Source: a virus. From it: a DNA stretch of 64,000 nt. The DNA is taken from positions 1-64,000 of the IMG/VR virus record IMGVR_UViG_3300043403_000051; one strand, given 5' to 3'. This document shows, one piece after another, positions 9,959-19,225 of the stretch. The notes under the pieces were generated by a model. It was given only the letters and a program-made list of their open reading frames with translations. It searched no databases and was not told the DNA's origin. Each line of letters opens with the position of its first letter. Positions within the stretch are counted from its first letter, which is position 1. The translations under genes and the position numbers were made by a program.

Positions 9959-10228
9959 TTACTTAAATATTTTTGGTATAAATGATTGATTCATCTTAAC
10001 GCCTTGTGATACGCCCGTACCAGCGCGTCGTGAAAGCTTTTCAAATCTTTCGGCTTGTTCAGGTGTGCAGATTTCCAAGCCACGCTCAGTCTTTCCTGAT
10101 ATAACTTGTACCCCTGCTAACTTAACTACCTTACCCTCAGCACATGGAATACACTGAATTTTCATCCCTTTTTTCTGTAGAAACTCTACACGTTTAGGAT
10201 GAATTTCATTAGAACATGAACACATCAT
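9959..10228 (-). CDS. TraR/DksA C4-type zinc-finger-like protein
   Basis: CSC..EIHPKR...CIPCAE. Confidence 0.55.
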   Translation of the reverse strand: MMCSCSNEIHPKRVEFLQKKGMKIQCIPCAEGKVVKLAGVQVISGKTERGLEICTPEQAERFEKLSRRAGTGVSQGVKMNQSFIPKIFK

Positions 10229-10254
10229 AAGGTATTATTTAAATGTTATTTTTG

Positions 10255-10328
10255 TGAACGGGATTGGATTCAAACCAATGACCTACTGCTTAGAAGGCAG
10301 TTGCTCTATTCAACTGAGCTACCCATCC
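10255..10328 (-). tRNA. tRNA-Arg(TCT)
   Basis: GGATGGG acceptor, TAGCTCAG D-arm, ACTGC-CTTCTAA-GCAGT, ATTGG-TTTGAAT-CCAAT. Confidence 0.85.
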
Positions 10329-10724
10329 GTGTAAAAAAAAGGATATTTTTTGTGGCACCCGACCAGGCCACATCAGACCTACCTTATGAGGGGCAAAACT
10401 TATAGCTGATAAAATTGTGCACATCTATCAAACTTTTCATTTTACGCTACAACGCACCAGAATCACGCGTTACTGGATTTTTTTGCTGCTATCTAAACCC
10501 AAACGTCTTTGGGTCGTCATATCCTTTTTTATTTTTTTTAACGATTTAACTTATCAACCACCGCACAGGCTTCTGCGTAGTTGTCGGGGTGTTTCTTATA
10601 CCATTTATTATCAAAGCAATATTGATTTTTCAATACACTTCTGTGGCAATTTGACCCCTTACTTCTACCTGGAGTTGATGATTTTTTAGTGCTAAACCGA
10701 TTTTTTTTGCTACCTTGCGCCATA

Positions 10725-11273
10725 TTATTCTGTTTTTGGTTTAAATTTTTGAGTTGATTCAGGAGAGATATACCCAAAACTATATTTTATATCGGGTAAT
10801 TTTAAATACCAATTAATAACATTATTAGGGAATGTCCTTAACAATAGTTGTTGTTTGGCCACAATATCCTGTTTACTATTTTCAATTGCTGAATACTTAC
10901 TGTACTGTTCAGCAACGAATGAAGAGAGGCTTGCATAAAACGTAGTAAATTGTTCATACGGTATATAGGTATTTTCCTGCACCCATTTCCATGAAACAGT
11001 CGGGCCATCCTTTCTATTAGACATTATAATTTGCGTTACCTCAACGAACACATCCTTACTAATGTTAGCAATTTTTGATTGCTCCACGAAGGATAGATAA
11101 TCAGCATCAAACGTGCTGATTTGATTACGGGTTTGTTGTTGATACCCAACTACAAGTTGAGTATTTTGGTTATATACATCTATGGTGGTATTTACCACCC
11201 AATTACAACCTTTCCATAGTGATACTGTTAGTACTATGCTAATAAGTATCCAAATTTTTGTTTTCAGTCCCAT
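10725..11273 (-). CDS. LemA-like membrane-anchored protein
   Basis: N-terminal TM segment, helical body, C-terminal LRTFPNN motif. Confidence 0.5.
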   Translation of the reverse strand: MGLKTKIWILISIVLTVSLWKGCNWVVNTTIDVYNQNTQLVVGYQQQTRNQISTFDADYLSFVEQSKIANISKDVFVEVTQIIMSNRKDGPTVSWKWVQENTYIPYEQFTTFYASLSSFVAEQYSKYSAIENSKQDIVAKQQLLLRTFPNNVINWYLKLPDIKYSFGYISPESTQKFKPKTE

Positions 11274-11299
11274 TTTATTTTATTTTAGTTTTTGTTATT

Positions 11300-11728
11300 T
11301 TAATTTGTTATGGATGCTTCCCTTTTTATTATAAGGCACCTATCATCTATTTGCGCTACATGTATGCTACCTTGTTTATAAGGGTCTCCATTGAAAGCCT
11401 GCCTTATATCTGAGATAAGAACATCATTAAAGTTTGAATTATTCCTCGCTACTTTCCACTCAAAGTCATTTTTTTTTATCGCTTTAAATCGTTCTTCAGA
11501 CTTTAATTCTTTAACGTACTTTTCAAAGAATGTACACCACAGTATAATCTCTGCCAAAAAGGCAATGATTCGAAAAATGGCAGCACCTGTATTTTCTGAT
11601 GTTACAAACGCAACAAATTTTGTCACGTTAAAAAACCAGAAGAACAAGAGTAACAACAATGCCACTGTGGGCATAAACAAAAACTTTGCGGCTTTTATAC
11701 CCGCTTCAAGATGGATTGATTTTTTCAT
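11300..11728 (-). CDS. membrane protein
   Basis: Two TM segments. Confidence 0.55.
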   Translation of the reverse strand: MKKSIHLEAGIKAAKFLFMPTVALLLLLFFWFFNVTKFVAFVTSENTGAAIFRIIAFLAEIILWCTFFEKYVKELKSEERFKAIKKNDFEWKVARNNSNFNDVLISDIRQAFNGDPYKQGSIHVAQIDDRCLIIKREASITN

Positions 11729-11753
11729 TATTATTGTTTTTAATTAACAAAAG

Positions 11754-11883
11754 TGCCTTAGGCAGGACTCGAACCCGCACTCTAAAAGAACTGAATGTTT
11801 AGTTCAGCGTGTATTCCGAGTTTAATCAAGCGCTAGGTTTGGAAGCTAACAGACCCCTTGATTAAACATTTCACCACTAAGGC
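11754..11883 (-). ncRNA. tRNA-Leu-like RNA with ~48-nt hairpin in the D-loop and an AAA anticodon
   Basis: GCCTTAG/CTAAGGC acceptor with A73, TGGTGAAA...GGAATACACG D-arm split by a GTTTAATCAAG/CTTGATTAAAC hairpin, CTGAA-CTAAACA-TTCAG, variable arm, GCGGG-TTCGAGT-CCTGC. Confidence 0.7.
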
Positions 11884-13318
11884 AAATGGAAAAGGTAACC
11901 CATTTAAAAAACAAGTGTAATTGTTAATAAAATAAATGAGTTACCTTTTATAATTGAATTTTTTGCTATGATTCACATAATTTAGGAAATTGCTAACCTG
12001 TTAGACAGCAGCAAATAATCGCCGTCAATTGGAAAGTAGCCAATATTCCCACCTTCAACACGGAAAAGAACAACTTGTATTTATTTTCTGAAGTTATGTC
12101 TCTTTTCCAAAGGTATTGTGTCATTGCAGTACCGGCTTTCTTATGTATATGTTTTTGTCATTTGCCACTCTCAAGTGACAAGACGATAATTGCAGGTAAG
12201 TAGTCAGCCAAAAGTACACTTACCGAAAAAAGAATAGCGTGGCATAGGGCTTATTTTGCAAAATAATTGTTAGCTAATTTTATTCCATTTATATACAACG
12301 CAACATCTTTGTGCCATAATGGAACTTCGATGTCACCATTTTGAGTCATTGCACGCTTCATATATTGCGTGCTTACTTTGTTTAGTGCAAACCATGCCTG
12401 TATAGGTAATGGTTGGTCGGGATTAACTGTTTTTACTGTTGTTGCGGCCATTGTATTTACTTTAAAAGTGAAATAATCCATAAACCATACACTAAAAAAC
12501 ACAAAAGTAATGCTTGAATAGCATATTTTTGCTGCTTTTTATTATCTGTATCAAGATGAGCTATACAGAATAACCCCGCACCAACGAATAGAAAGTGCCA
12601 AGAATTCTGTTGATATTTGTCGAGTGAGATAAAACACAGACAAAAGAGTATTCCTATTATGATTGCTATTTTTTGTACCATTATATGTTTATTTTTAGTT
12701 GCACCCTGTCGTCAAGGGTAAATTTTGTTAAGATAAATGAACCTGTCACATTGGCAGCCCTCATATCATGGATAATTTCCCATAATGAGGTTCCGCATTT
12801 TTTATTATATACCAATTCCCCATTATAAAAAACAGAAAAGCCACTCAATTCTTCTTTTTTAAATGGCATATAGTCTATTACTTTTATACGAGGTCGAGAA
12901 TGCAATTTTCCTTTTGGCTTATATTCAATAAAGAATTCTTTTACATCCATATAATTATTTAACAGGTACAATTACGTTTGCTCCAATCATTCTTAATGAT
13001 TCCACATCTTCATCGGAAAGAGTTTCATTAAGAACTACCGAGATAGTTACTTTTACCATTTCTTTACCCACGATGATATTTAATACATCGTTTTCTAAGG
13101 TAGCATTGTAATTTATTACCGTCATTTCTATTATAATTTAAATGAATTAATAAAACACCTCACGTCATAGAAATAACTGAGGGGCTCTAACCAAAAAAAA
13201 ATTACTTTAATATGACTTAGGTATCACCTTGCTTTTAGCTTTGGAGTTGGGGTGTACACAAGAATGTGTGGGCGCACAAGAAATCATTCCAACAAGAAAT
13301 GTAATGATAAGAAACAGT

Positions 13319-13546
13319 TTAATCTTTCTCATAAAATGTTAATTTTTTATTAAATATAATATTTGCTTCAATTGGGCAGGTTTCTGTAAATTTAACAGTT
13401 TTCTTTTTGAAGTGGCTGGGTGGTATTATGGTAACCACGAACAACAATTTTCTTTTAACAGGCTCCCTCTTAGAAGACACAATATTATTAGTTTCAACAA
13501 GAGTAATGGTAAAACCCATCTCTTTTCGTGATTGTTTTACTGGCAT
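13319..13546 (-). CDS. hypothetical protein, paralogue of 14616-14864
   Basis: Shared GF.I.L...VKRK..FVV...PP pattern. Confidence 0.55.
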   Translation of the reverse strand: MPVKQSRKEMGFTITLVETNNIVSSKREPVKRKLLFVVTIIPPSHFKKKTVKFTETCPIEANIIFNKKLTFYEKD

Positions 13547-14389
13547 ATTTAATCAATTAATTTTGAATAAAAAGTCATAATATTACGCCTAAGATAGGTT
13601 TTACCCTCTATTGTTATTACATCTTTATCACGATAAAAATCAGGGGACGTTAAATTACCTACTGTTTTACAGGGCACTTTAAACTCCAATGATGTAGGAG
13701 CATATTTTAAACGTAATTTAACAATATAATAAGCCATACTATTTATTTTTAATTCTATCAATAAAACAAAAAAGAAAAAACAAACCAAACATAGGTGTCA
13801 TTACCCATTGGTGGGGTTTAACTACACTAATGTTATAGCTTACATGGGTTATGTATGCCCCTATTGTAAGACAACTCATTGCAAAAAGAAGTATACACCC
13901 AATAGTTTTTAACTTTTCCATTTTGGTTAGATTAGATAAATAAAAAAATGAGTGTGCAAACATCACAAAAGGGTTACCACCCATCAATTGGGGTGACAGA
14001 ATCATACATCCTTCCCTAATGTTAGTTTATTGGGGGTTTGTGATAAAATATATTATGGGTGTGTGAGTGTCCATAATACCACTATTAAGAGACGCAGGCA
14101 CCAACGCCAAAACGCCACGTTCACTATATAATGAAAGGCTTGAAACCTAATAGCGATAAGGGTTTCAGCCCATCATATAGCACAAAATAAAACAATGGAT
14201 ATTATCCATCTTTTAGTTTCTTAACAAGAAGAGCACGTTCTTCAAGTAATTTTATACGCTCTTCTAATTTCTTTTTTATCTCATTTAATTCAGTAAGGTT
14301 GCAATAACCTATACCGTTTAATACTTCTTCCAGTGTATAATTATTTTATTTATTAAACAATATGATGTTAGGGTGTTGGGGTAAGCGAA

Positions 14390-14653
14390 CTAAGAGAACA
14401 ACGATTCACTCAAATCTAAAATCTCTTTTTTACCTTTAAGGTGTAATGGTGGATTGATAAGTTTAACACGTATCTTTTTCAAACGTGTTTGACCCTTACC
14501 TTGAATGCACACAACTAACCCATGCTTTTTTGCCATGTATTCAGACATCTTTGTTCCATCCAATGTCTTAATTACTTTAGCGGCCTGACCTTTAGCCAAA
14601 CCTTCAATGGTTCGGTTAAGATACACTGTTTGATTGTCCTGAAATAAAGCCAT
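14390..14653 (-). CDS. hypothetical basic protein
   Basis: 87-aa ORF. Confidence 0.5.
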   Translation of the reverse strand: MALFQDNQTVYLNRTIEGLAKGQAAKVIKTLDGTKMSEYMAKKHGLVVCIQGKGQTRLKKIRVKLINPPLHLKGKKEILDLSESLFS

Positions 14654-14864
14654 GTTTTTCTATTTTTTTAGTGTATAATTTTAATGCAGCACTCTTTGTT
14701 TTCCTAATAAAAGTTTCGTTCTTTTCCTTGTAGTTATCAGGTGGTACAACTGCCACAACGAACACTTGTTTCCTTTTTACGATTTCCCCGTTAGATATAA
14801 AGGATAATTTTGTATTAAGGGCAATATAAAAGCCCTTTGATGTTGTTGTTGCCAATAACAATGC
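14616..14864 (-). CDS. hypothetical protein, paralogue of 13319-13546
   Basis: Start MALLLATTT; shares motif with 13319-13546. Confidence 0.55.
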   Translation of the reverse strand, partial: ALLLATTTSKGFYIALNTKLSFISNGEIVKRKQVFVVAVVPPDNYKEKNETFIRKTKSAALKLYTKKIEKHGFISGQSNSVS

Positions 14865-14940
14865 CATAATTGTACTTTTTAATATGCTTTCTTCGTGGGT
14901 TACAAATCCACCCAATATATTACTACATGGGTAATGTATA

Positions 14941-14980
14941 AAAGAAAAGCCCCAACCCTACACTAAATGTAGGATTGGGG
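14941..14980 (-). terminator. intrinsic terminator
   Basis: Minus strand CCCCAATCCTACA-loop-TGTAGGGTTGGGG followed by CTTTTCTTT, downstream of ORF 15001-15594. Confidence 0.75.
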
Positions 14981-15000
14981 AAAGTAGGATACTAACCTAA

Positions 15001-15594
15001 TTAGTTAGCAAGTAATTTTTGACGGGTTGCGTTCAATTGATTAACTCGCTTAGCTGTAATTGCGGCAAGGTATTCTTTCTGCTTTAAATTTACAGATTTC
15101 ACCGCTGCGTCAATACCCTTTGCCCACGATTTCACCGAACCCTGCATGGACTCAGTATCACCACCGAACAATTCAACAGGCAGTCCCAGTGCCCTTAACA
15201 CGTTTGCACCCACAATATTAGCGGGTTCCTCACCTTCAATTACATCCATTAGGTTTGGATTTTTTTCACCGCCTGCTTCAATGAAAGCCACGGCCACTTC
15301 AGCTACTGCCCTTGCTGAAGTTGTTGCGCTACCTGCCTCAAAGGTAACATTAACATCCTTTGAGATGATAGACACGATTTTTTTACCCTTGATATCTTTA
15401 ATATAACGGCCAACAACACCTACAATTTGCCGAAGGGCACGCATGGTATTAGGCTCAATATCAGGGTAAGTAAATAAATTTTCGGTTGTAACAGGGCCAT
15501 CCTTTTTTTCCTGTGTTGCTTTGATACCGAAAACCAACCCCGTTTTAACCTCTTCAGTTGGGGTTGCGGTTGGAGTTGCAATTTTGTTTGCCAT
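15001..15594 (-). CDS. hypothetical protein, first gene of the leftward block
   Basis: 197-aa ORF, higher GC, followed by its own terminator. Confidence 0.75.
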   Translation of the reverse strand: MANKIATPTATPTEEVKTGLVFGIKATQEKKDGPVTTENLFTYPDIEPNTMRALRQIVGVVGRYIKDIKGKKIVSIISKDVNVTFEAGSATTSARAVAEVAVAFIEAGGEKNPNLMDVIEGEEPANIVGANVLRALGLPVELFGGDTESMQGSVKSWAKGIDAAVKSVNLKQKEYLAAITAKRVNQLNATRQKLLAN

Positions 15595-16455
15595 AACAAT
15601 TTGATTTTTTTACTTTTTGAATAAATGAATAGTTTAAACATCCTACACAATGGTGTAAGTTGTACCACTCATATCAGAACAAAAGCCCCAACAAAGGGCG
15701 CAATTAACAAATTAGACGGTTAATTTTATATATGTTATGGGTTGACTTATGGTTGCAACCCTATTTTAACGTCTGCAATGCAACTTACTTTTGTTTGTTC
15801 CTATTTGTTCCTATTTGTACCTTCGTGCCACATAAATATATACGTGGAAAGTACAGGAAACTATTTTTGAAGTAATTTTCATTTTGTCAAATATACATTA
15901 CACACTTGTATATGCATATTTGGGTATCTGTTATTTTGTATCCTTTACAAAACAGTGCATTGATACCGATATCTTTGGGATGGCCATGTATTATCCCTGT
16001 TTCATAATGTGCTAATAGGCGTCCTTACTGATTTTCAGAACTCTATAAAATGCAGTGCATAATATAGCCATAAGAAATTCACACATTTACCTTCGTGCCA
16101 TGCTTTTTTTGCAGTTTACACCACTTAAAAGCACCAATATGTCAAAGTTTCACCCTTATTGCCTGCCATCCCTAAATTTACTTACTATTCACAAAGGTTT
16201 GTAATATCATAGCTTGCGGCTCATTACCTTACTTTGTGCCTTTCGGCGACCTTAGTGGCTTTTGCGGGTTGTGTACCGCTTTGGTACTCTTCAAAGGTGG
16301 CTTACTTTACCCCTACACTCCTATTTATTTTGCAGATATTAGCCGACGGCAAAGGCGGGGGATACCATAATGCCCCCACATGACCGGGGGAGTAGTTATA
16401 ACTGAGTCTACCCTGGAGTGTATTTATACCATTTTAGTTTTTTTAGAAAAAAAAA

Positions 16456-16487
16456 TTTGGTGGTCTCCTTTCTTTTCCTTATCTTTG
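16456..16487 (+). promoter_or_regulatory. Bacteroidota sigma-type promoter
   Basis: TTTG-N20-TATCTTTG. Confidence 0.7.
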
Positions 16488-16520
16488 CTTATTGTTTCCT
16501 CTTATAAAATAAATTAGAAA

Positions 16521-16793
16521 ATGGAGAAATTGAAAAAGATTGATTGTCCAATGCTTGAACTTGAGCAATATAAAAAACTTACAATAGGTGAAATTGAGGA
16601 TGCTATGAAAGAATATCGTAAAGATAATCCTAACACATTCAGGCATCCTATTCATTATAGTGGCCCAGGATATTCATATTGGGATTTTGGTGGCCTTATA
16701 ACAGGAGATGGGGGGAAGATACTTTATGATGAAGCTATGAAAAAGGCGGCTGAAGTTTATTTGGAGAAATTTGGGGAAGCTTATAATAAATAA
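16521..16793 (+). CDS. hypothetical protein
   Basis: ORF after a promoter. Confidence 0.6.
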   Translation: MEKLKKIDCPMLELEQYKKLTIGEIEDAMKEYRKDNPNTFRHPIHYSGPGYSYWDFGGLITGDGGKILYDEAMKKAAEVYLEKFGEAYNK

Positions 16794-16794
16794 A

Positions 16795-16826
16795 TTTGGT
16801 AGTTTCAAAAATTTAACGTATCTTTG
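16795..16826 (+). promoter_or_regulatory. Bacteroidota sigma-type promoter
   Basis: TTTGGTAG...TATCTTTG with 20-nt spacing; ATG 5 nt downstream. Confidence 0.75.
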
Positions 16827-16831
16827 TATTC

Positions 16832-17053
16832 ATGAAGGATGTTATAGAGAATACTTTTTTAGATTTACCTCTTATGAGGAGAGCTATTGTTTATGGTATT
16901 GCTTTGTATGATGAAAAATATGAGTTATTGAAGGTTATTGACCCCCTTATAAAAGAAGATAGGGATGAATTTTTAAAAGCGGCAGAACTCATTAAAGATA
17001 TATGTACACTGTCAGGTGGTGAAATTGGTATACGCGCTGCCTCGTCTCGGTAG
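16832..17053 (+). CDS. hypothetical protein, probably leaderless; 3' end overlaps a tRNA-like RNA
   Basis: ORF starts at the predicted transcription start. Confidence 0.5.
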   Translation: MKDVIENTFLDLPLMRRAIVYGIALYDEKYELLKVIDPLIKEDRDEFLKAAELIKDICTLSGGEIGIRAASSR

Positions 17054-17134
17054 TGCAATTCTTGATAAGGACAGTCATTTAAACATATTGGACGCTTATA
17101 GAGTTGCTTGTAGGTTCGAATCCTACCCTGACAG
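17010..17134 (+). ncRNA. tRNA-like RNA with giant variable arm
   Basis: TGTCAGG/CCTGACA acceptor, Leu-type D-arm TGGTGAAATTGGTATACGC, CTGCC-TCGTCTC-GGTAG, ~55-nt hairpin GCAATTCT...AGAGTTGC, GTAGG-TTCGAAT-CCTAC. Confidence 0.7.
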
Positions 17135-17150
17135 CTTAAAATTATTAATT

Positions 17151-17486
17151 ATGAATGTGGAATTTATAGTACGATTTGATAAAGAATTAACCGCAGAGCA
17201 AAAGAGAGAACGTAAAGAGGCTCAACAATTACATAAAATGGTTAATCCTAATGATTATGAAGGCCCTGTATATGAAAAGGAGTATGAGTACTTGCCTATT
17301 ACATTACCTATTACTGATAAGGTGATTTTTAATGTGTATGATAAAAACCATACAACCGTATATATACCTAAAATAGCAACATATATGCTTAAAATAAAGT
17401 ATGATGATTTTAAACAAGTCTTTGGTATTGCAACAGGAAATCTATTAATTCCAAAAGCTGAAAGCTTAATTCCCCCGACCCCATAA
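17151..17486 (+). CDS. hypothetical protein
   Basis: Likely start MNVEFIVR just after the tRNA-like RNA. Confidence 0.6.
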   Translation: MNVEFIVRFDKELTAEQKRERKEAQQLHKMVNPNDYEGPVYEKEYEYLPITLPITDKVIFNVYDKNHTTVYIPKIATYMLKIKYDDFKQVFGIATGNLLIPKAESLIPPTP

Positions 17487-17514
17487 TTAAATTTGATTAA
17501 TTTCTAAAAATAAA

Positions 17515-17546
17515 TTTGGTAGTTTCAAAAAAGTTACTTACCTTTG
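17515..17546 (+). promoter_or_regulatory. promoter of tRNA operon 1
   Basis: TTTGGTAG...TACCTTTG with 20-nt spacing. Confidence 0.8.
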
Positions 17547-17564
17547 TATTTCAATAAAAGAAAA

Positions 17565-17669
17565 ATGAATTCAAGAACTGTCATAGATAATATTAGAAAC
17601 GCGGAGGGCTGTAAAAAGGCTCTTGTGGGTAATGTATGTTTTTATGACGGAGGTTGCGGATGTAACTAA
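17565..17669 (+). CDS. attenuator leader peptide 1, MNSRTVIDNIRNAEGCKKALVGNVCFYDGGCGCN
   Basis: Short ORF between promoter and terminator; codons 6-19 match the downstream tRNA set. Confidence 0.8.
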   Translation: MNSRTVIDNIRNAEGCKKALVGNVCFYDGGCGCN

Positions 17670-17692
17670 AGACAGATAAAATAAAATATATG

Positions 17693-17732
17693 AACCCCTC
17701 AAGAGCCAAAGCTTCTGAGGGGTTTCTTTTTT
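17693..17732 (+). terminator. attenuator terminator 1
   Basis: AACCCCTCA...TGAGGGGTT followed by TCTTTTTT, directly before tRNA-Lys. Confidence 0.85.
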
Positions 17733-17806
17733 CCCCTTATAGCTCAATTGGTTAGAGTACCAGACTTTTAATCTGGGTGTTCAGAGTTCGAGTCTCTGTG
17801 GGGGGA
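17733..17806 (+). tRNA. tRNA-Lys(TTT)
   Basis: CCAGA-CTTTTAA-TCTGG, TTCGAGT T-loop. Confidence 0.9.
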
Positions 17807-17819
17807 CATAAAATAATAA

Positions 17820-17891
17820 GGGCGTGTGGCCGAGTGATTCAGGTAGTGGTCTGCAACACCATTGACACAGGTTTGAATCCTGTCATGCCCT
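17820..17891 (+). tRNA. tRNA-Cys(GCA)
   Basis: GTGGT-CTGCAAC-ACCAT, U73. Confidence 0.85.
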
Positions 17892-17901
17892 CTTAATATA
17901 T

Positions 17902-17976
17902 GCATCGGTAGCTCAGTTGGTTTAGAGCAGGGTCTTTACACGGCTCTGGTCGGGGGTTCGAATCCCTCTCGATGTA
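17902..17976 (+). tRNA. tRNA-Val(TAC)
   Basis: GGGTC-TTTACAC-GGCTC. Confidence 0.85.
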
Positions 17977-17982
17977 CATTCT

Positions 17983-18053
17983 CCACCTGTCGTTCAATGG
18001 AAGGACAACATGCTTCTAACTTGTTTACAGAGGTTCGACTCCTCTCAGGTGGT
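17983..18053 (+). tRNA. tRNA-Arg(TCT)
   Basis: ACATG-CTTCTAA-CTTGT, CCACCTG/CAGGTGG acceptor. Confidence 0.85.
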
Positions 18054-18072
18054 CTAACAAAATTTTAACAAT

Positions 18073-18405
18073 ATGATTAAGTTTTTATCAGCTATATTTC
18101 TTATCTTTGTAGTTGCTACAATGTCAAAGACAGGAACAGCAAGTTTTTATCACTCTAAGTTCGAAGGTAGGAAAACAGCAAACGGTGAAGTATTTAGAAA
18201 TAATGGGTATACGGCAGCATCAAATCAGTTCAAGCTTGGTGATAGTGTAAGAGTTACTAACCTTGAAAATATGAGGAAAGTAAATGTGAAGATTAATGAT
18301 AGAATGGCTGATGGTATAAGATTGATTGATTTAACACAAAAAGTAGCAAGAGATTTAGGTTACTATAAAAAAGGTATAACAAAAGTAAAAGTAGAAAAAA
18401 TATAA
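18073..18405 (+). CDS. RlpA-like double-psi beta-barrel protein (lytic transglycosylase family)
   Basis: Signal-like N-terminus, GTASFY, TANGE, TAA, VRVTN, VKINDR, IDL. Confidence 0.85.
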   Translation: MIKFLSAIFLIFVVATMSKTGTASFYHSKFEGRKTANGEVFRNNGYTAASNQFKLGDSVRVTNLENMRKVNVKINDRMADGIRLIDLTQKVARDLGYYKKGITKVKVEKI

Positions 18406-18411
18406 ATAAAT

Positions 18412-18483
18412 TCCCCTTTAGCTCAACGGAAGAGCAACACCCTGTTAAGGTGAAGGTTGAGATATCGTAATTCTCAGGGGGAG
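18412..18483 (+). tRNA. tRNA-Asn(GTT)
   Basis: CACC-CTGTTAA-GGTG, G73. Confidence 0.85.
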
Positions 18484-18490
18484 CATATAT

Positions 18491-18563
18491 TGTGGGGTGC
18501 AAGTAATGGTAACTGGTCGGTCTCATAAGCCGTACGATAATGGTTCGACTCCATTCTCCGCAA
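18491..18563 (+). tRNA. tRNA-Met(CAT) (Met or Ile2 identity not resolved)
   Basis: CGGT-CTCATAA-GCCG, TTCGACT T-loop. Confidence 0.8.
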
Positions 18564-18627
18564 CAGAAACGCTTTATATCTCGGCTCGTATATAAAGGGA
18601 AGATTCTTGAAATAAACGGGCCCTCAC

Positions 18628-18701
18628 GCAGTATACGCATAATTGGTGGTGCATCTTCCTTCCACGTAGAAATAGAGTCGGTTCGATTCCGACATACTGC
18701 T
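18628..18701 (+). tRNA. tRNA-Gly(TCC)
   Basis: GCAGTAT/ATACTGC acceptor, CTTCCAC loop, U73. Confidence 0.8.
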
Positions 18702-18745
18702 CAGGGGGTTTTATCAGTTTCCCGTGACAAAAAAACTGGTGTTAT

Positions 18746-18821
18746 ATCCCTGTTGACAAAATTGGAGTAAGTCCCTTCCCTTTCAAGGAAGTTATTGCGA
18801 GTTCGAGCCTCGTCGGGGATA
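18746..18821 (+). tRNA. tRNA-Glu(TTC)
   Basis: CTTCC-CTTTCAA-GGAAG. Confidence 0.85.
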
Positions 18822-18826
18822 CAGTA

Positions 18827-18917
18827 AAAGTAGTTGGCGTAATTGGGAATGAATACCAACAATAGTTAACGCCCTATATCAGTATAGGAGATGCGGGTGG
18901 AAGTCCTGTACTACTTT
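18827..18917 (+). ncRNA. degenerate tRNA-like element
   Basis: AAAGTAGT/ACTACTTT acceptor, GCGT..ACGC D-stem with enlarged loop, CCTATA-TCAG-TATAGG, GCGGG-TGGAAGT-CCTGT. Confidence 0.5.
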
Positions 18918-18924
18918 AACATAC

Positions 18925-18998
18925 GGAATTGCAGCATATTTGGCGTATGCAACTCACTGTCTATGAGTTGATTGCGGGTTCGAGTCCCGTCTTTTCCG
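18925..18998 (+). tRNA. tRNA-Asp(GTC)
   Basis: ACTCA-CTGTCTA-TGAGT, G73; two acceptor-stem mismatches. Confidence 0.8.
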
Positions 18999-19068
18999 CA
19001 GTAGTTTGGGAAACGAAGGCATGTAAAACTGAAAAGTGTCTACTCAAACAGCCCTTAACGGGGCATCT

Positions 19069-19141
19069 GCTTTCTTAGCTCAACGGTGAGAGCAGGACGC
19101 TTATATCGTCAAGGTTACAGGTTCGAATCCTGTAGGAAGTA
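19069..19141 (+). tRNA. tRNA-Ile(TAT)
   Basis: GACG-CTTATAT-CGTC. Confidence 0.85.
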
Positions 19142-19146
19142 CATAT

Positions 19147-19220
19147 TGAGATGTAGCTCAATTGGTGAGAGCATATGACTGATACTCATAAGGTTGAAGG
19201 TTCGACCCCTTTCATCTCAA
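19147..19220 (+). tRNA. tRNA-Ile(GAT)
   Basis: TATGA-CTGATAC-TCATA. Confidence 0.85.
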
Positions 19221-19225
19221 CACAC

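Noticed and set aside
19004-19064. Hammerhead ribozyme in a tRNA spacer
   Set aside because: GAAAC and CTGAAA are present but the CUGANGA core and helix order do not fit.
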